Assembly (NCBI RefSeq): GCF_963676685.1
Contig: NC_092354.1
Coordinates: 67,456,001-67,520,000 of the forward strand
DNA from: Mytilus edulis
Lineage: Eukaryota
DNA: 64,000 bases
Reading direction: 5' to 3'
This document shows, piece by piece, positions 1-12,059 of the stretch (its first letter is position 1; every line of letters begins with the position of its first letter). The translations under genes were made by a program, and so were the position numbers. The notes beneath the pieces were generated by a model. It did no database searches, was not told the origin of the DNA, and saw nothing but the letters and a program-made list of their open reading frames with translations.

Positions 1-20
1 ACCCAGATAAACATTTTGTT

Positions 21-999
21 ATGTATCTTCTGAATGGTATACGTTTCGGTTTTGATACATTAGTATCTATGCTCGATTTACCTACGTTTGAATGTAGAAA
101 TTTACTTTCTACCATCAGAGACCCCGAAAGTGTTGATATGCTTTTAAAACAAGAAATAGATAAAGGATATGTTAAAGGCCCGTTTAGTAGTCCACCTTTC
201 GAAACTTACCGTGTTAGTCCAATTGGGATTGCAGAAGGCAAATATTCTGGCAAAAAAACGTCTTATCCTTGATCTATCTTTTCCACACGAACATGAAACA
301 CATGAAAGCATCAATAGTCTTATAGATAACGAGATATGTTCGCTATCTAATGTAAAAATAGATGACCCATCAAGCATTTCGGAAAGCAAACAATTTTAAA
401 CAAAACCGATATGACCGATGCATTCAAACAGCTAGGAATCCGTAGAGACCAGCATCACTTATAGTGCATGAAATGGAAAAACAATTATTATCATTATGTA
501 AGACTTTGTTTTGGTTCTCACAGCTCTCCTTGCATCTTTGACAATCTATCACGGGCTATTTGTTGGATAGCAAAGGAAAATAACGGCATACCAGTTATAC
601 TTCATCTCCTAGATGATTTTCTCCCTATTCAACCACACCGGATTTAGAACAATGGCGCTAATAACGCTTATATTCAATCGTCTAAATATTCCGATTCCTA
701 AGAAAAAGACTGTAGGTCCCACTTGTACTATCGAGTATCTAGGAATCATACTAGACACTGTAAGTTTTGAAGCAAGATAACCTAATGAAAAGGTAGAAAG
801 AATTTCAAATTTTATTGACAGTTTACTGCATAAAAAATCGGTAAGAGAATTATTTCAACTGTTAGGACATTTTAATTTTGCGGCGAGAATTATTCGTCCG
901 GGTAGATCGTTTGTCAGCTATCTCATTAAGTTATCTACAAAAGTTGATAAACTACATCACTATATATCATTATCAAAAGACTGTAGAACTGACTTAATC
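21..999 (+). pseudogene. DIRS/Ngaro reverse transcriptase remnant
   Basis: GPFSSPPF..YRVSPIG, KKRLILDLSFP, D..DAFKQL, LCFGSHSSPCIF and a catalytic-like HLLDDF at about 600-625; broken by frameshifts and stops. Confidence 0.85.
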
Positions 1000-1533
1000 A
1001 TGTGGCGAGATTTCCTAAAAGGCTGGAATAGAGTTACTTTCTTTTATGACGAACATATAACTTTAGCTAGTGACATTGAACTATACACAGATGCGGCTTC
1101 TAACTTTGGTTTCGGATGTTTTTTTCAAGGTAAATGGTTTAGTAGTACTTTGCCTTCTGAACTATCAACTTCACTCGATTCAGACATGTCCATGGCTTTT
1201 AGAGAACTGTACCTGATTGTTGTTGCATCTTTATTATGGGGGCACTTATGGAATAAGAAACGTATCATGTTCCATTGTGACAATGAAGCCGTCGTTAATA
1301 TAGTTAACAAAGGAAGATCTAAAGTGCTCGACATTATGAAGTTAATGAGAACACTAACATGGCTATCCGTTAAACAAAACTTTACTATTCAATGTCAACA
1401 TATTCCCGGAGTTAAAAATGTGATAGCTGACTCTTTATCTCGCTTTGATTTTCAGACCTTCCAAAAAGCAGCACCATCAGCAGAGACAGTACCCACTCCG
1501 TGTCCGAAATATTGGCAAGTAATGTGGAATTAA
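1000..1533 (+). pseudogene. DIRS/Ngaro RNase H domain
   Basis: LYTDAAS..GFG, AFRELYLIVVA..LWG, FHCDNEAVV..VNKGRS, HIPGVKNVIADSLSR. Confidence 0.9.
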
Positions 1534-2514
1534 ATGCAAAAGTTAAAAATTTATTTCACAACTCCATCGCAAGCAGTACGCGTTCGCAATACGAACATGG
1601 ATTTAAATCATACAAAAACTGTTTGCGTCTCTCCGGTTTTAAGTGGGATGATAAAACAGATTTGGCACCTCTAACGGAAGATATTTTAATGGAGTACGCT
1701 ACACGTTGTCACGAAATCTTAAGATAAAATGTTCTACAATAAAAATGTACATTTGCGGTTTAAAATACATATATCTTCAATCCGGAGTACAGTGTTTATT
1801 CAGAGACGGTTGCTCTTCAAAACTGCTTAGGTTAGAAACAATTTACAGGGGTATTAAAAAACAAGAAGTAAAGAGTTCCCATAAAAGATTACCGCTAACT
1901 TATGATTTAATTAAAAATATGATAATATTGCTTCATAAGGGAATATTTTCGCCATTTGTAACTGCACTTATTGAGGCAGCATGTGTCGTTGCTTACTTCG
2001 GATTTCTCCGCTGCGGTGAATTAACCGTCAACACGGACTTCGATGCATCTTGCAATCGATGTATAGAAGACATCACTTTCGAGGAGGGTTACGCAATCTT
2101 ACGTTTAAAGACGTCTAAAACAGACCCTTTCAGAAGTGGAGTAAATATTTATCTTCCAAAAACAATACGTCTGTGTGCCCGGTCAAATCGTTGATAAGAT
2201 ACCTCGATGTTAGAAGATCTAGATTCAGCATAGCTTGCAACTGTAGTCCGCTCTTTGTTATGGAAAATATAGAGGCTCTAACACGTACGTTTTTCATCAA
2301 TCATGTTCGATCCATCTTGGAAATTATCGGACTCAACCCATCTAATTACAACGGACACAGCTTCCGAATAGGAGGGGCAACATCAGTTGCATCAAAAATT
2401 GAAGATCACCTAATCAAGATTTTAGGTCGTTGGAGTTCCGAATGCTATACCAGATATATTCATACTCCAAAATCAACGATTAAGCAAGCCCAGCTAGCTT
2501 TGATATCCGATTAG
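1500..2514 (+). pseudogene. Tyrosine recombinase of the DIRS/Ngaro element, split across three ORF fragments
   Basis: YFGFLRCGE, SKTDPFRSG, HSFRIGGAT and LGRWSSECYTRY supply the R-K-H-R-W-Y catalytic set. Overlaps the end of the RNase H ORF. Confidence 0.9.
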
Positions 2515-4974
2515 TCTAGTTTTACTATTCAACTGTTTTCTTTGTAGAGTTCACGGAATATATGTGCGCGATTCTACAGTGGCATCATAATCCACTGTTT
2601 AGAATGAGTGTTTTCTTGTCAAATACATGTAGATTACAATTCTATTTAATGAAATTTCAATTTGATTAACAGGGGCATAATAATCCCCGTCGACTGCAGT
2701 ATGTTGCTTTATTATTGGAAATAACATTTTCATTGGAATATGTGGTTCATTAGTTTCACTTGTGCATTAGAAACATATCTGCATGCTACTTGTTATGACG
2801 GGACACAGTAATCCCCTTTCTATGAGCTTGAAGATACTCATCATTGGTGCTTAACAATCCATAGTTATATAATATGTTACTCAACTAAAAGTGGTGTACT
2901 TTTCCTGATATAATTTGAATATATTCTATTTTGTTCATCATGATAGCGTAGTATGATCGTGTATATACTTCAAATTGTCAAATTCATATGCTTTTTATTT
3001 TTAAACTATACTTCGTGTTTAGACTTGTTCTTACCCTTAATGAGTTATATTTCGAATGTGTTACATTTTCTTACTTGAAAACTGAATATTATGAATATGA
3101 AATTACTGACTACATCGAGAACACTTTCTTTAACAGTCAAAAAACTTCTTATATGCTATTCTTGCTGTTTTTGGTTCCAATCATTTCATAGTTACCATAA
3201 TCTTATTTTTCATACTCCCTTCAATTTGGGGTCCATCTGTCTTATCGGCCTAATCAAAATATTCAACATCTGTTTTTGGGGTCATTTCGAGTTTTCACTT
3301 CAAATCACAAATTTACGGGGTATTCAGTGGTCACTTACATCCTAACTCTAGCATAAGTGTTGCCAATATTTTCTGGCTAGAAAGCTCAGACAAAGGCGTA
3401 TGCTAATTGTTTCGCAGATCGGCTCTCTCTGGCTTTCTACTATATCTTTGGCTACTTATCTGAATCACAGTTCAGATGCTTATCAATCACATGCTTTGGA
3501 AACAGGAGAGCGGATAGTGCATAATATAGTGTTTCTGTAGTAGCTTTAAACTAGATAAGACACTATCTGACTACTTTAAAGTTATGTTTGCAAGCAAACC
3601 GCAGTTTGCCTACAACTACACTATTTCTATTTGTTTTTAAACAAATTCGGATAAAGTGACTATGCACGCTAAATTGCTGAGACAGCCGTACGCAAAACAT
3701 AGTATTGTATATAACTGTATAATTGTATCAGTTAATATGTTTTTGTAGTTTAGCAATAAAATTATATTCCTAGCTTGTCTTGTGTATAAATTATTTACAA
3801 AGAAAGAAATTTCAACACCAAACAAAATTAGAAAAATTAAAGAAAGTTCCAATGCTCCAAGTGCATGTGGGTTAAACAATTGACTTCTTTTTAACAGTTC
3901 ATTTAGTTAATACTAAGTTATTTTCCGAAGTAAACATGTTGTGTTTCGTAAAGAAACATCGAAAAAGAACATTTACAAAAGGTTGCTACAAAAATGTACA
4001 ATCATGCTTGCCATATAATTAAATAAGTTAACATTTCATGTTTAGAACTCTTTTAATTTATTATACTTGTGACGGGGCATCATACCATCTGCATTGACAG
4101 TAAATTTACATTATTCATTGTCTTAATTACCCGGACCATTCGCGTATGGTTTGACCATTTGAGTTTATATATAGTCCGAAACATATACTTAAAACTTAAA
4201 TGTTAGACGCCAATTGCCTTTGCAATGGTGATGAAAACATTTTTCAAATTAGATTATATCCTATTTATAATCATAAGTCTCACTTCAACATTATTCAACA
4301 TAAACTGTTCATTACATATTCGTTGTATGTAAACGAGATACCCCAAACAATTAAGTTAAGTTTAGATTGTGTGACTAATATGTTAGTCTCTAATATGAAA
4401 TTCATGCACATCCGAAATTTTATTGCTGAAGAAATAATTCATGGCAGCCGTTGATTTGTTTTCATATCACCCTTTGGTTGGGCGTTAATATTCAAGTATT
4501 TTATACCGAGCAAAATAATGAATAAAAACAAACTCAGTTTTTATGGAACTTTTGTACATCCTGAGACGTACAAGAAGACTGAAACGACTGGTGTTTATAT
4601 TTGACGCCGTTAGTATAATATGAAGTCATCTTGTTATGTTGCCAAAGACGATACATTCTGATTTCGCGGATTTTTCGTTTTATGAAATTTTACACCGAAA
4701 TAAAACTGAAATGACTGATTTAATTATTTGGATAAGAATAGAGATAACCGTATTGTATTTGAAGTTAAAAACGTGGATTATACTCTTCCAAATTGAGTTT
4801 ACCTAGTCGTATAAATAAGATTGGCGTTACTCAGAACAGACAATTTGTGTGTAAATGCTTTTTTCGATAAACGTAAATATATTGCGGTTGGACTGCAGGT
4901 TGACGATATATTGGTCGTTCAAACATAATTAAGTATGATTTATAAATAAGCTATGCTGTTTTTTAGAAGTCTCT

Positions 4975-5560
4975 AAAAAAGAGGCGAAAGATACCAAAGG
5001 AACATTCAAACTCATAAGTCGAAAAAAGCTGCCACTGCCATGGCTAAAAAAGAAAAGAAAGACAAACAAACAAACAACAGTACGTATAGCATGCACATCG
5101 TAGAAAACTAAAAACTCAGCCACACGTACCCCACCAAAAACTCGGTGTAATCTCATGTGTCCCGAAAGGTAAGCAAATCCTTCTCTACATGTGTTGCATA
5201 TGTAGCTGTGTATGTACATACCCAATGATAAGTCTAATTCGGTAGGTCACATTTTACGACATTTGAAACAAATCGTCATCTGTAAAACAGATATTCCAAC
5301 TTGTGATAGCGTCCAAAATTTTTTTAAATTGATGATTTCTACTCCACCACTTGGTACTCATGGTTCGATAGCTTGCATACACTCTGGAATATTGTAAAAA
5401 AAAAGAGATATATACTCCGTATGCAAGCGCTGCTGGAATGTTGCTACATAGAATGGAAAGTTTACAATTGGGAATCTGAAATCATTTTTTTTGTCGGAAA
5501 GTTATTTCACCCGAACCTCATTGTCTAATGTTAGTCAAGATATGAAGCAGACTTAACTGT
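4975..5560 (-). mobile_element. Non-autonomous repeat carrying a Penelope-like RT C-terminal remnant
   Basis: The minus strand at about 5400-5505 reads like (Y)DKxxDFxFPIVNFPF..SNIPAALAYGVYIS. Its left part recurs at 43222-43590, and more degenerately at about 32200-32660. Confidence 0.6.
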
Positions 5561-6599
5561 AAAATTTCGAAATTAGGTGAAACTATTTCAAAATGCGGGT
5601 TTTTGTTTACTCGAAACCTTTCATCACTCAATTTGAAATCTTTCGCACTAGATAAAACATCACAGCAGAGCATGAACTTACAACATCTACTTTACTGAAT
5701 GAAACTCAACAGAAACTACTTTTTTGCGACTGTCATACAAGTGAGAGGGTAAACTAGCTATTAAGCTATAATACCAGCTTTAATCCACTATTTGCTACAC
5801 AAGGAACTACCTGTAATTTTATGAACGTTTAGTTAAATAAATGTCAATTAACTATTTAAATAAATATAATGTATAATATAATAACCCATTTCTTAACTTT
5901 ACTAGGATCTGTAAACCTTATCATTCTTGTCATTACGGACACAGTGAAAATTAATGCACTGATATCGTTTTCCTGATGTATTATATTTTTTGCATTTTTG
6001 TTTTATATCTATCAATATTATCATGATTATAGCAAAAAGTATGACAAAAATACCGAAATAAAAAACAAATGAAAAGAAAATATCGTTGCAATAAGTTTAC
6101 TAATAGTGATTATTATTATAACACAATTGCGACTGGTGTACCCCTATTTTCGACATTTTTACCTTTTATATCTGCTCGTTCTTTTTTACACATTAGGAAA
6201 AGCCTGTACCAAGTCAAAAATAGGACAGTTGTTTTCCTTTTGTTTTAATGTGTTTGGACATTTGATTTTGCCATTTGTTAAGTCCCTTTTGAATTTCCTC
6301 AAGATCCGTTTTTTTTTTGTCATTTTACTTGTTGATGTGTACGAGCTTTTGATTGTGCATTGGATAGGGAACTTTACGTTCTGAATTTACATAGGAGATT
6401 GGTATTTTTATTACTTAATATCTTCAAGGAAGCATGTCGTCTAGAAAAATTAAACAATTTGAATGTGACCCTTCGACCTTTTCGTTATACTCAGTTAAAC
6501 AAAACAAAGCATTTTTTTGTTAAAACTGATATACAGACAAAATGAAAAATCGTTGTGGTAGTATAACGGAGATACGGGAAAACAATTTTTAACAGATTA

Positions 6600-7340
6600 T
6601 GTGAATGGCCAGATATGCGGAAATTAAAATTTAATGCTGCTAAATGTGAAGTATTGCATATTAATCCTGACAATGACCTGCAATATCGTTATACCATGTT
6701 GAATGAATCCGAAAAGTTTATTGCAGTATCTACAGTGAACGAAGAAAAGGATCTGGGAGTAACTTTCGAGTCTAATTTGAAAATTTGAAAAACATACAAG
6801 TGATATTTATAATAAAGCACAGAGAGTGTTGTCTCTTATTCATCATTCTTTTGGTTACATGGATCAAGATATGTTTCTTACTACTTATAAATCAATAGTG
6901 CGTCCACTGCTGGAATATGGGACATGTATCTGGTCACCGTATCTTAAAAAAGACATCCGCAAACTGGAATCTGTACAAAGAAGGGCCACAAAACTGGTAA
7001 AAAATATTTGTCATCTTAATTATGAAGACAGACTACGTTCATTGGGTTTGCCAACCTTGGAGTATCGTAGGGATAGGAATGATATGATACAAGTCTACAA
7101 AGCATTGCATGGTATAGATTACATCGACTGGATGAGCCTTTTTACTTTAGCACCATCTAATAATACTAGAGGTCACTCATTAAAACTTTAAAAAAAACAG
7201 TGTAAGACCACACACAGACTAAATACTTTTTCAATTAGAGTAGTGGATCAGTGGAATAACTTGTCAGATTTAACAGTGACGGCAAAGACTCTGAATAATT
7301 TTAAGTCTGCATTAAATGGCGAAAATTGGAACCTATATAC
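6600..7340 (+). mobile_element. 5'-truncated CR1-like LINE (ORF2 C-terminus)
   Basis: KFNAAKCEVLHI, EEKDLGVTF, YKSIVRPLLEYGTCIWSPYLKKDIRKLESVQRRATKL, LPTLEYRRDRNDMIQVYK, TRGHSLKL. Confidence 0.85.
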
Positions 7341-9869
7341 ATTCATATGTTCGTGTTAAGTGTTTCAGCTGCGCACACCTAAATAAGTATTTTTGATAAG
7401 TTTAATATATTTTATATATAAATATATTATTATGAGATGAGAAATCATATACGACAAACCAAGATGAGGTGTCAGTAGAAGCCTTTGGCTTATGTAACGA
7501 CCCGAAGATAAAGGTATAAAGGTATAAAGGTATAAACCGATATCCATACATGATAAATACTGTTTTTGTAATGACATCTTAAATGATCTTTTACATGTCG
7601 TTTTCAACTGTAAATGTTGTTGTGGACAGTTGTTAAAAAGGTATAATACAGACCATAAATACATATAACTTAAGACATAAATAAGCATCAGATCAGTAGT
7701 TTGATGAGTTATTTAAACAAGAATTTGAAAATAGGGACAAAATGCAAAATGCATTGATCCACATTTATCAAATGTCATCACGAATGTTTAGTTAAATTGA
7801 TTCTTAAACACAATAATTAAATGTGTTTTGTATGAAAACAATTTATAATATGTAATCAATGATAACTGCAGACAATTATTGAACTGATATGTAAACACAA
7901 AACAGGAAATGACTTTATCTGAACAGATATGATTTTGTAGTTCATATAAATGGAGGACAGCGAACTTGAGGTATTGTTAGTTTGTTTACTTAGTAAATTT
8001 ATTGTTATCCTCCAATAGGATATGAGATAAATTATATTAAACTCGCACATGTTTATGCATTCTAGATAAAAAAAAAAAAGAGATATATATTATTTTACGT
8101 AATACGTTCTTTTCGCAGGTACCACCTGTCGTATTTTAAATGTACATGCAACTGTAAAGAAGATCAACATGTTATCTTTAGATTTCGGATTGGACATAAA
8201 GTGCATAGATATTTTATGATTCGCACGTGAGACTCCCGAATCTCTTACAATGGCATATTCTCCGAACTCGTACACAAACATTTTAAATATTAAAAACAAT
8301 CGTCAAGCCGCGTGTTTTAAGTTGAAGAATTTAACTGTCTCGAGTAGTGACAAATCGAATAACATTCGATGTGATAGTTAATACGTTTTACCGCTCCAAG
8401 AAATCATTTTAGAAGTAATGTAATCTTGTTTGTATTAAAATTTTTGTGTTCTTTATTGTTTTTACTTTTTTTCTTAACAATCATACATACTGGAAAATAT
8501 TTGTGAATAGTAAGAGTTTGTCATCTGCCTAGTAGCCCAGTAGCCATTGCTTTGATACTGGCATGATTTAAATGTTGTATTTGACTATTTTTATTTGTTA
8601 ATTAACAGTAAATAATATCTGGAATATTCGACTAAAACTAATGCTATATCTATCTCTAGCAAGGTTGATATTAGATATGGCTTACATGAAATATTTCTTT
8701 GGTTCATGTCTTTCAATGTATCAGTAATGTTCCAAAATCTCATATCTTTTACACTCTTAACGTTTTTATACAAACATATGTTATTTTCGGTGGTAACAAA
8801 TGATTTTGTTTGAAACTATTCATTAAACCCTTGAACATTCTACATGCACTATCATTATATTGTAACTACTTGACTTAGTTACCTTCGCTATCACGTAGCT
8901 TGTATATTAATGATTACACCTTGTAGTGACAGATAAATACGGGTTGTTGATTTCTGTCTATAAATCATCTGATTGTTTTATAGTTAAATGACAACACGGT
9001 TTGGGTTATCATGATCCTTTGAGTGTTTTATTGTAAAATTACACGTATCAATTCTACGACTTACGGTAATAAAATTTTCGAGTTTCGAACTGAGTAATGG
9101 TTTAATCATCTAACACACTTCAGTCTTCAACTATAAAACGGTCATCGTGGAATTTTTTTTTTGATGACAATCTAAGAGTTTCAACCCTATGAGACTTATC
9201 GCAATGATTTAAATTTAACAATCCATGCAAGAACTGTAGCCCAATGTCATTTAAACGCATTTATGCATTTAAATTAAAAAAGAGAGAACAAAGGACCAGA
9301 GACTTGAACACGATATGATGCGTAACTATTGACATTAGTAACTATCACGTATAACCAGATCCTAAGTATTCTATAAATTTATCGGATGATATATTTTACA
9401 TTAGTTTTGGTAACTAAAAGAGGGACCGTTGACGTTTAGTTCTTAGATTTCTACAAACATGTAGGTTATATAGTTAGCATTCGCGTTTATCTTTGGCTAT
9501 ACATGATTTCAATTACCCAGAGCGCATTCTCCTTCATCACATTATACTTCAATTGTCTACGTTAAGTTTATTCATTTTCAAGATTTTAGGTTGACACCTT
9601 GTATAAAACGCTCGTATTTTGTTAAAGAACGTATGCTAAATATAGATGCGTTAAATTTCGTGCGTCGTTGGTTTATTTTTCCTTAATGTATACTTTTTGT
9701 TCATTTCTTTATTCTTTTTTTATAATTTTTATGATTTCACCAATTGTGTGACCTTTAAGCATATGCAAATTAACATTTCCGAGTAATCTTCTATACCGAA
9801 ACCTTAAGCATTGCACATGTTGCATATAATAATTCAGCGACATAAATGTCCATATTACAATCGTTATAG

Positions 9870-9981
9870 ATCAAAAGGCTGCAGGAGCTGTTCAGAGGAC
9901 GATTCACGTTTGAAGAAGCACAGTCACTAATCAATCATCACCATGGAGACTGTCAGGTTGCTGCTAATTTTGTTCTTGATG
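9870..9981 (+). CDS. SHFL: Shiftless (SHFL/RyDEN) homologue, first identified coding exon (true start exon not found)
   Basis: ttatag|ATC...GATG|gtaaac. Encodes IKRLQELFRGRFTFEEAQSLINHHHGDCQVAANFVLD, resembling the human SHFL N-terminus VRRLREKFHGK. Phases are compatible with the next exon. Confidence 0.8.
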
Positions 9982-10721
9982 GTAAACACTATTTGTTCTG
10001 CCTTTTCATATTACACTTAATTCCTAATAAATCTGTTTTATAATTTCGTTTGGTTGCTAAAGCGTTGAACGAAAAACAGGTTGTAAGGAGCGCTTGTATG
10101 TATAATTTGCACACGATCATTGATTTTACAACAATACAAGAAGCATTGAATTCAATTAACTCCTTGTGTCATAAATGTGAAATTATAATCTAAATAACGC
10201 TATCAACATCCTTTCCTATATACAAATAACAGACATACACCGACGAAAACAACTGACCCATAGACACCTGACTTTGGACAGGCACATACAAATTGTGGCT
10301 GTGTTTAATATGTTTGTTGATCACTTAACCTTCCTCTTACATGAGACAATCGTGTAACATCACAACAAAAGAACAAACTGTATCAAAATTATACGTTGTT
10401 GCATGTTAGGCAGGTGTTTCATGTTTATTCAGGTGAACATGTCGTGTTACAATAATCTAATGAGATAAAGCTCTACAAGTTGAAAGGACGGGGGTAATAG
10501 CCGATGGTAGCGTAATGAAAGCTTGTTACCTGATCAAAATGAGAAATCGGCTCTTGATAATCTGTATTTACAGCACGGTCGATTAGATAAAGAATTTTAA
10601 GAACAAAAAGTAAATTGGATTATTAAATTTATTATTCGTTTTGCTGCAGTATCGTTTTTCTGAGACGTCATGTTTCAAATATTTTCTTAAAACTGACCTT
10701 ATAATAAGACTTTTGTTTCAG

Positions 10722-10768
10722 AGGAGCCTGCGAGAGTCAGAGATGTCATTGGGACGGAAAATCAAACG
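10722..10768 (+). CDS. SHFL: SHFL homologue exon (47 bp)
   Basis: tttcag|AG...ACG|gtacgt. Encodes (E)EPARVRDVIGTENQT and converts phase 1 to phase 0 as required. Confidence 0.7.
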
Positions 10769-10928
10769 GTACGTTTAGCTGAATATTTTTTTTTGAAATT
10801 GTGAAGTTCAAATGTTCATCTGAAGTAATATAATTATTTTTTATGAATGAAACTAAAAGTTTTATTTTCGAAAGTTTTCTATATTATTATCATGATTATG
10901 TACGGTGACATATCAATATTAATTTACA

Positions 10929-11275
10929 ACCACTAGATCGATGCCACTACTGGTGGAGTTTGTATTCCCCGAGGGTATCACCAGCCCAGTAGTCAGCACT
11001 TATGTGTTGACATGAATTATCATTGATATTATCATAATTATAAATTAACTGTAAACAAAAACTTGATATTTTTGAATTACTAAGGCTTTTCTTAGGAATA
11101 GATTACCTTTAGGTTAGTTGTTTTTGTCAAAACTTTTAGGAATTTCGGGTCCTCAATGCTCTTCAAATTCGTACTTTAACCTTTTTTTTCGAGTGTCACT
11201 GATGAGTCTTTTGTAAACGACACGCGCGTCTGGCGCAAATACAAAATTTCAATCCTGGTATCTATGTTGAGTTTT
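10929..11275 (+). mobile_element. Retrozyme-like repeat monomer (about 350 bp) with a mutated type I hammerhead, inside an SHFL intron
   Basis: GTGTCA-CTGATGA-GTCT..AAAC-GACAC-GCGC-GTC-TGGCGC at 11193-11236. The upstream part is homologous to 34711-34878. Confidence 0.75.
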
Positions 11276-11583
11276 TTTAAAAGGAAAGAAAGACTATGGT
11301 GAATGATAAATAAACTTTAGCTATTTTGTCCCTTTTTAACAGAATCTTTCGGCTCATATCTGAAAGCTTGAAAATATATCATAAGAGGATTATTCTTGCA
11401 TTTTCTATTGAGATTTGAATAAATGCAAGAAGTTAAATATCCTACAATTAACACGTAGACAGATATTAAAATATATATTCTCATAAGTTTCAGACTAATA
11501 CCGAAAACTAAATTCTTGTAATATTTAAGCCTTCTCTTCACGAAATACCCCAGCTTTTGTAAATAGACGTTTTATTATTGTAG

Positions 11584-11715
11584 TGGCAAGTTATAGCAAA
11601 TCATCAAATTTGGAAAGACTTAATACGACAAGGAACTATTATAAAACAAGAGAGACAATTTGCATGCATCACGTGTGACAACGTTTGGTGGAGAAAAGTT
11701 CCTAACAGGAAGCTG
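11584..11715 (+). CDS. SHFL: SHFL homologue exon (first half of the zinc ribbon)
   Basis: ttgtag|TGG...CTG|gtaaaa. Encodes ...ERQFACITCDNVWWRKVPNRKL versus human [22 protein letters not shown]. Confidence 0.93.
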
Positions 11716-12059
11716 GTAAAATTTCCGTTCATTCAAGATTTGAAAAAAAATAGAAAATTTACTTAATAAGATCGGTGAATATTGTGTAGTATTTTATTGC
11801 CGAATTATGTTCGTGTTCAAGCCGTGACAACCATTGAACAATCTCGTTAGATGCTTGATAAAATTGAGTTCAGTACATGTTGGTGCGTTCGATCTAATAC
11901 CGTGAAAAAAGAAAAAGAAAAAGTAGATACTAAATTATTGAGGTAAAAACGGTGTGTATCTGTTTCTTCGTCCTCCTCAACTTTTGTTCAGTTATATCAC
12001 CTTTTTATTAGTTTTATCTTATATAAAACATAATAAAATCAAAACAGGAACGTATTTTT

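Larger units (their letters stand above)
1..2514 (+). mobile_element. Decayed tyrosine-recombinase retrotransposon (DIRS order, probably Ngaro-like); 5' part lies outside the window
   Basis: Order is RT, RNase H, then an overlapping tyrosine recombinase. Many stops and frameshifts. No methyltransferase domain is visible between RNase H and the recombinase. Confidence 0.9.

Noticed and set aside
1500-2514. Phage integrase / prophage
   Set aside because: The tyrosine recombinase directly follows RT-RNase H, the standard layout of DIRS-order retrotransposons.
3600-9869. SHFL first exon and interferon-response-like GAAANNGAAA motifs
   Set aside because: No convincing ATG plus phase-0 donor could be singled out, and GAAA motifs are expected by chance in AT-rich DNA.
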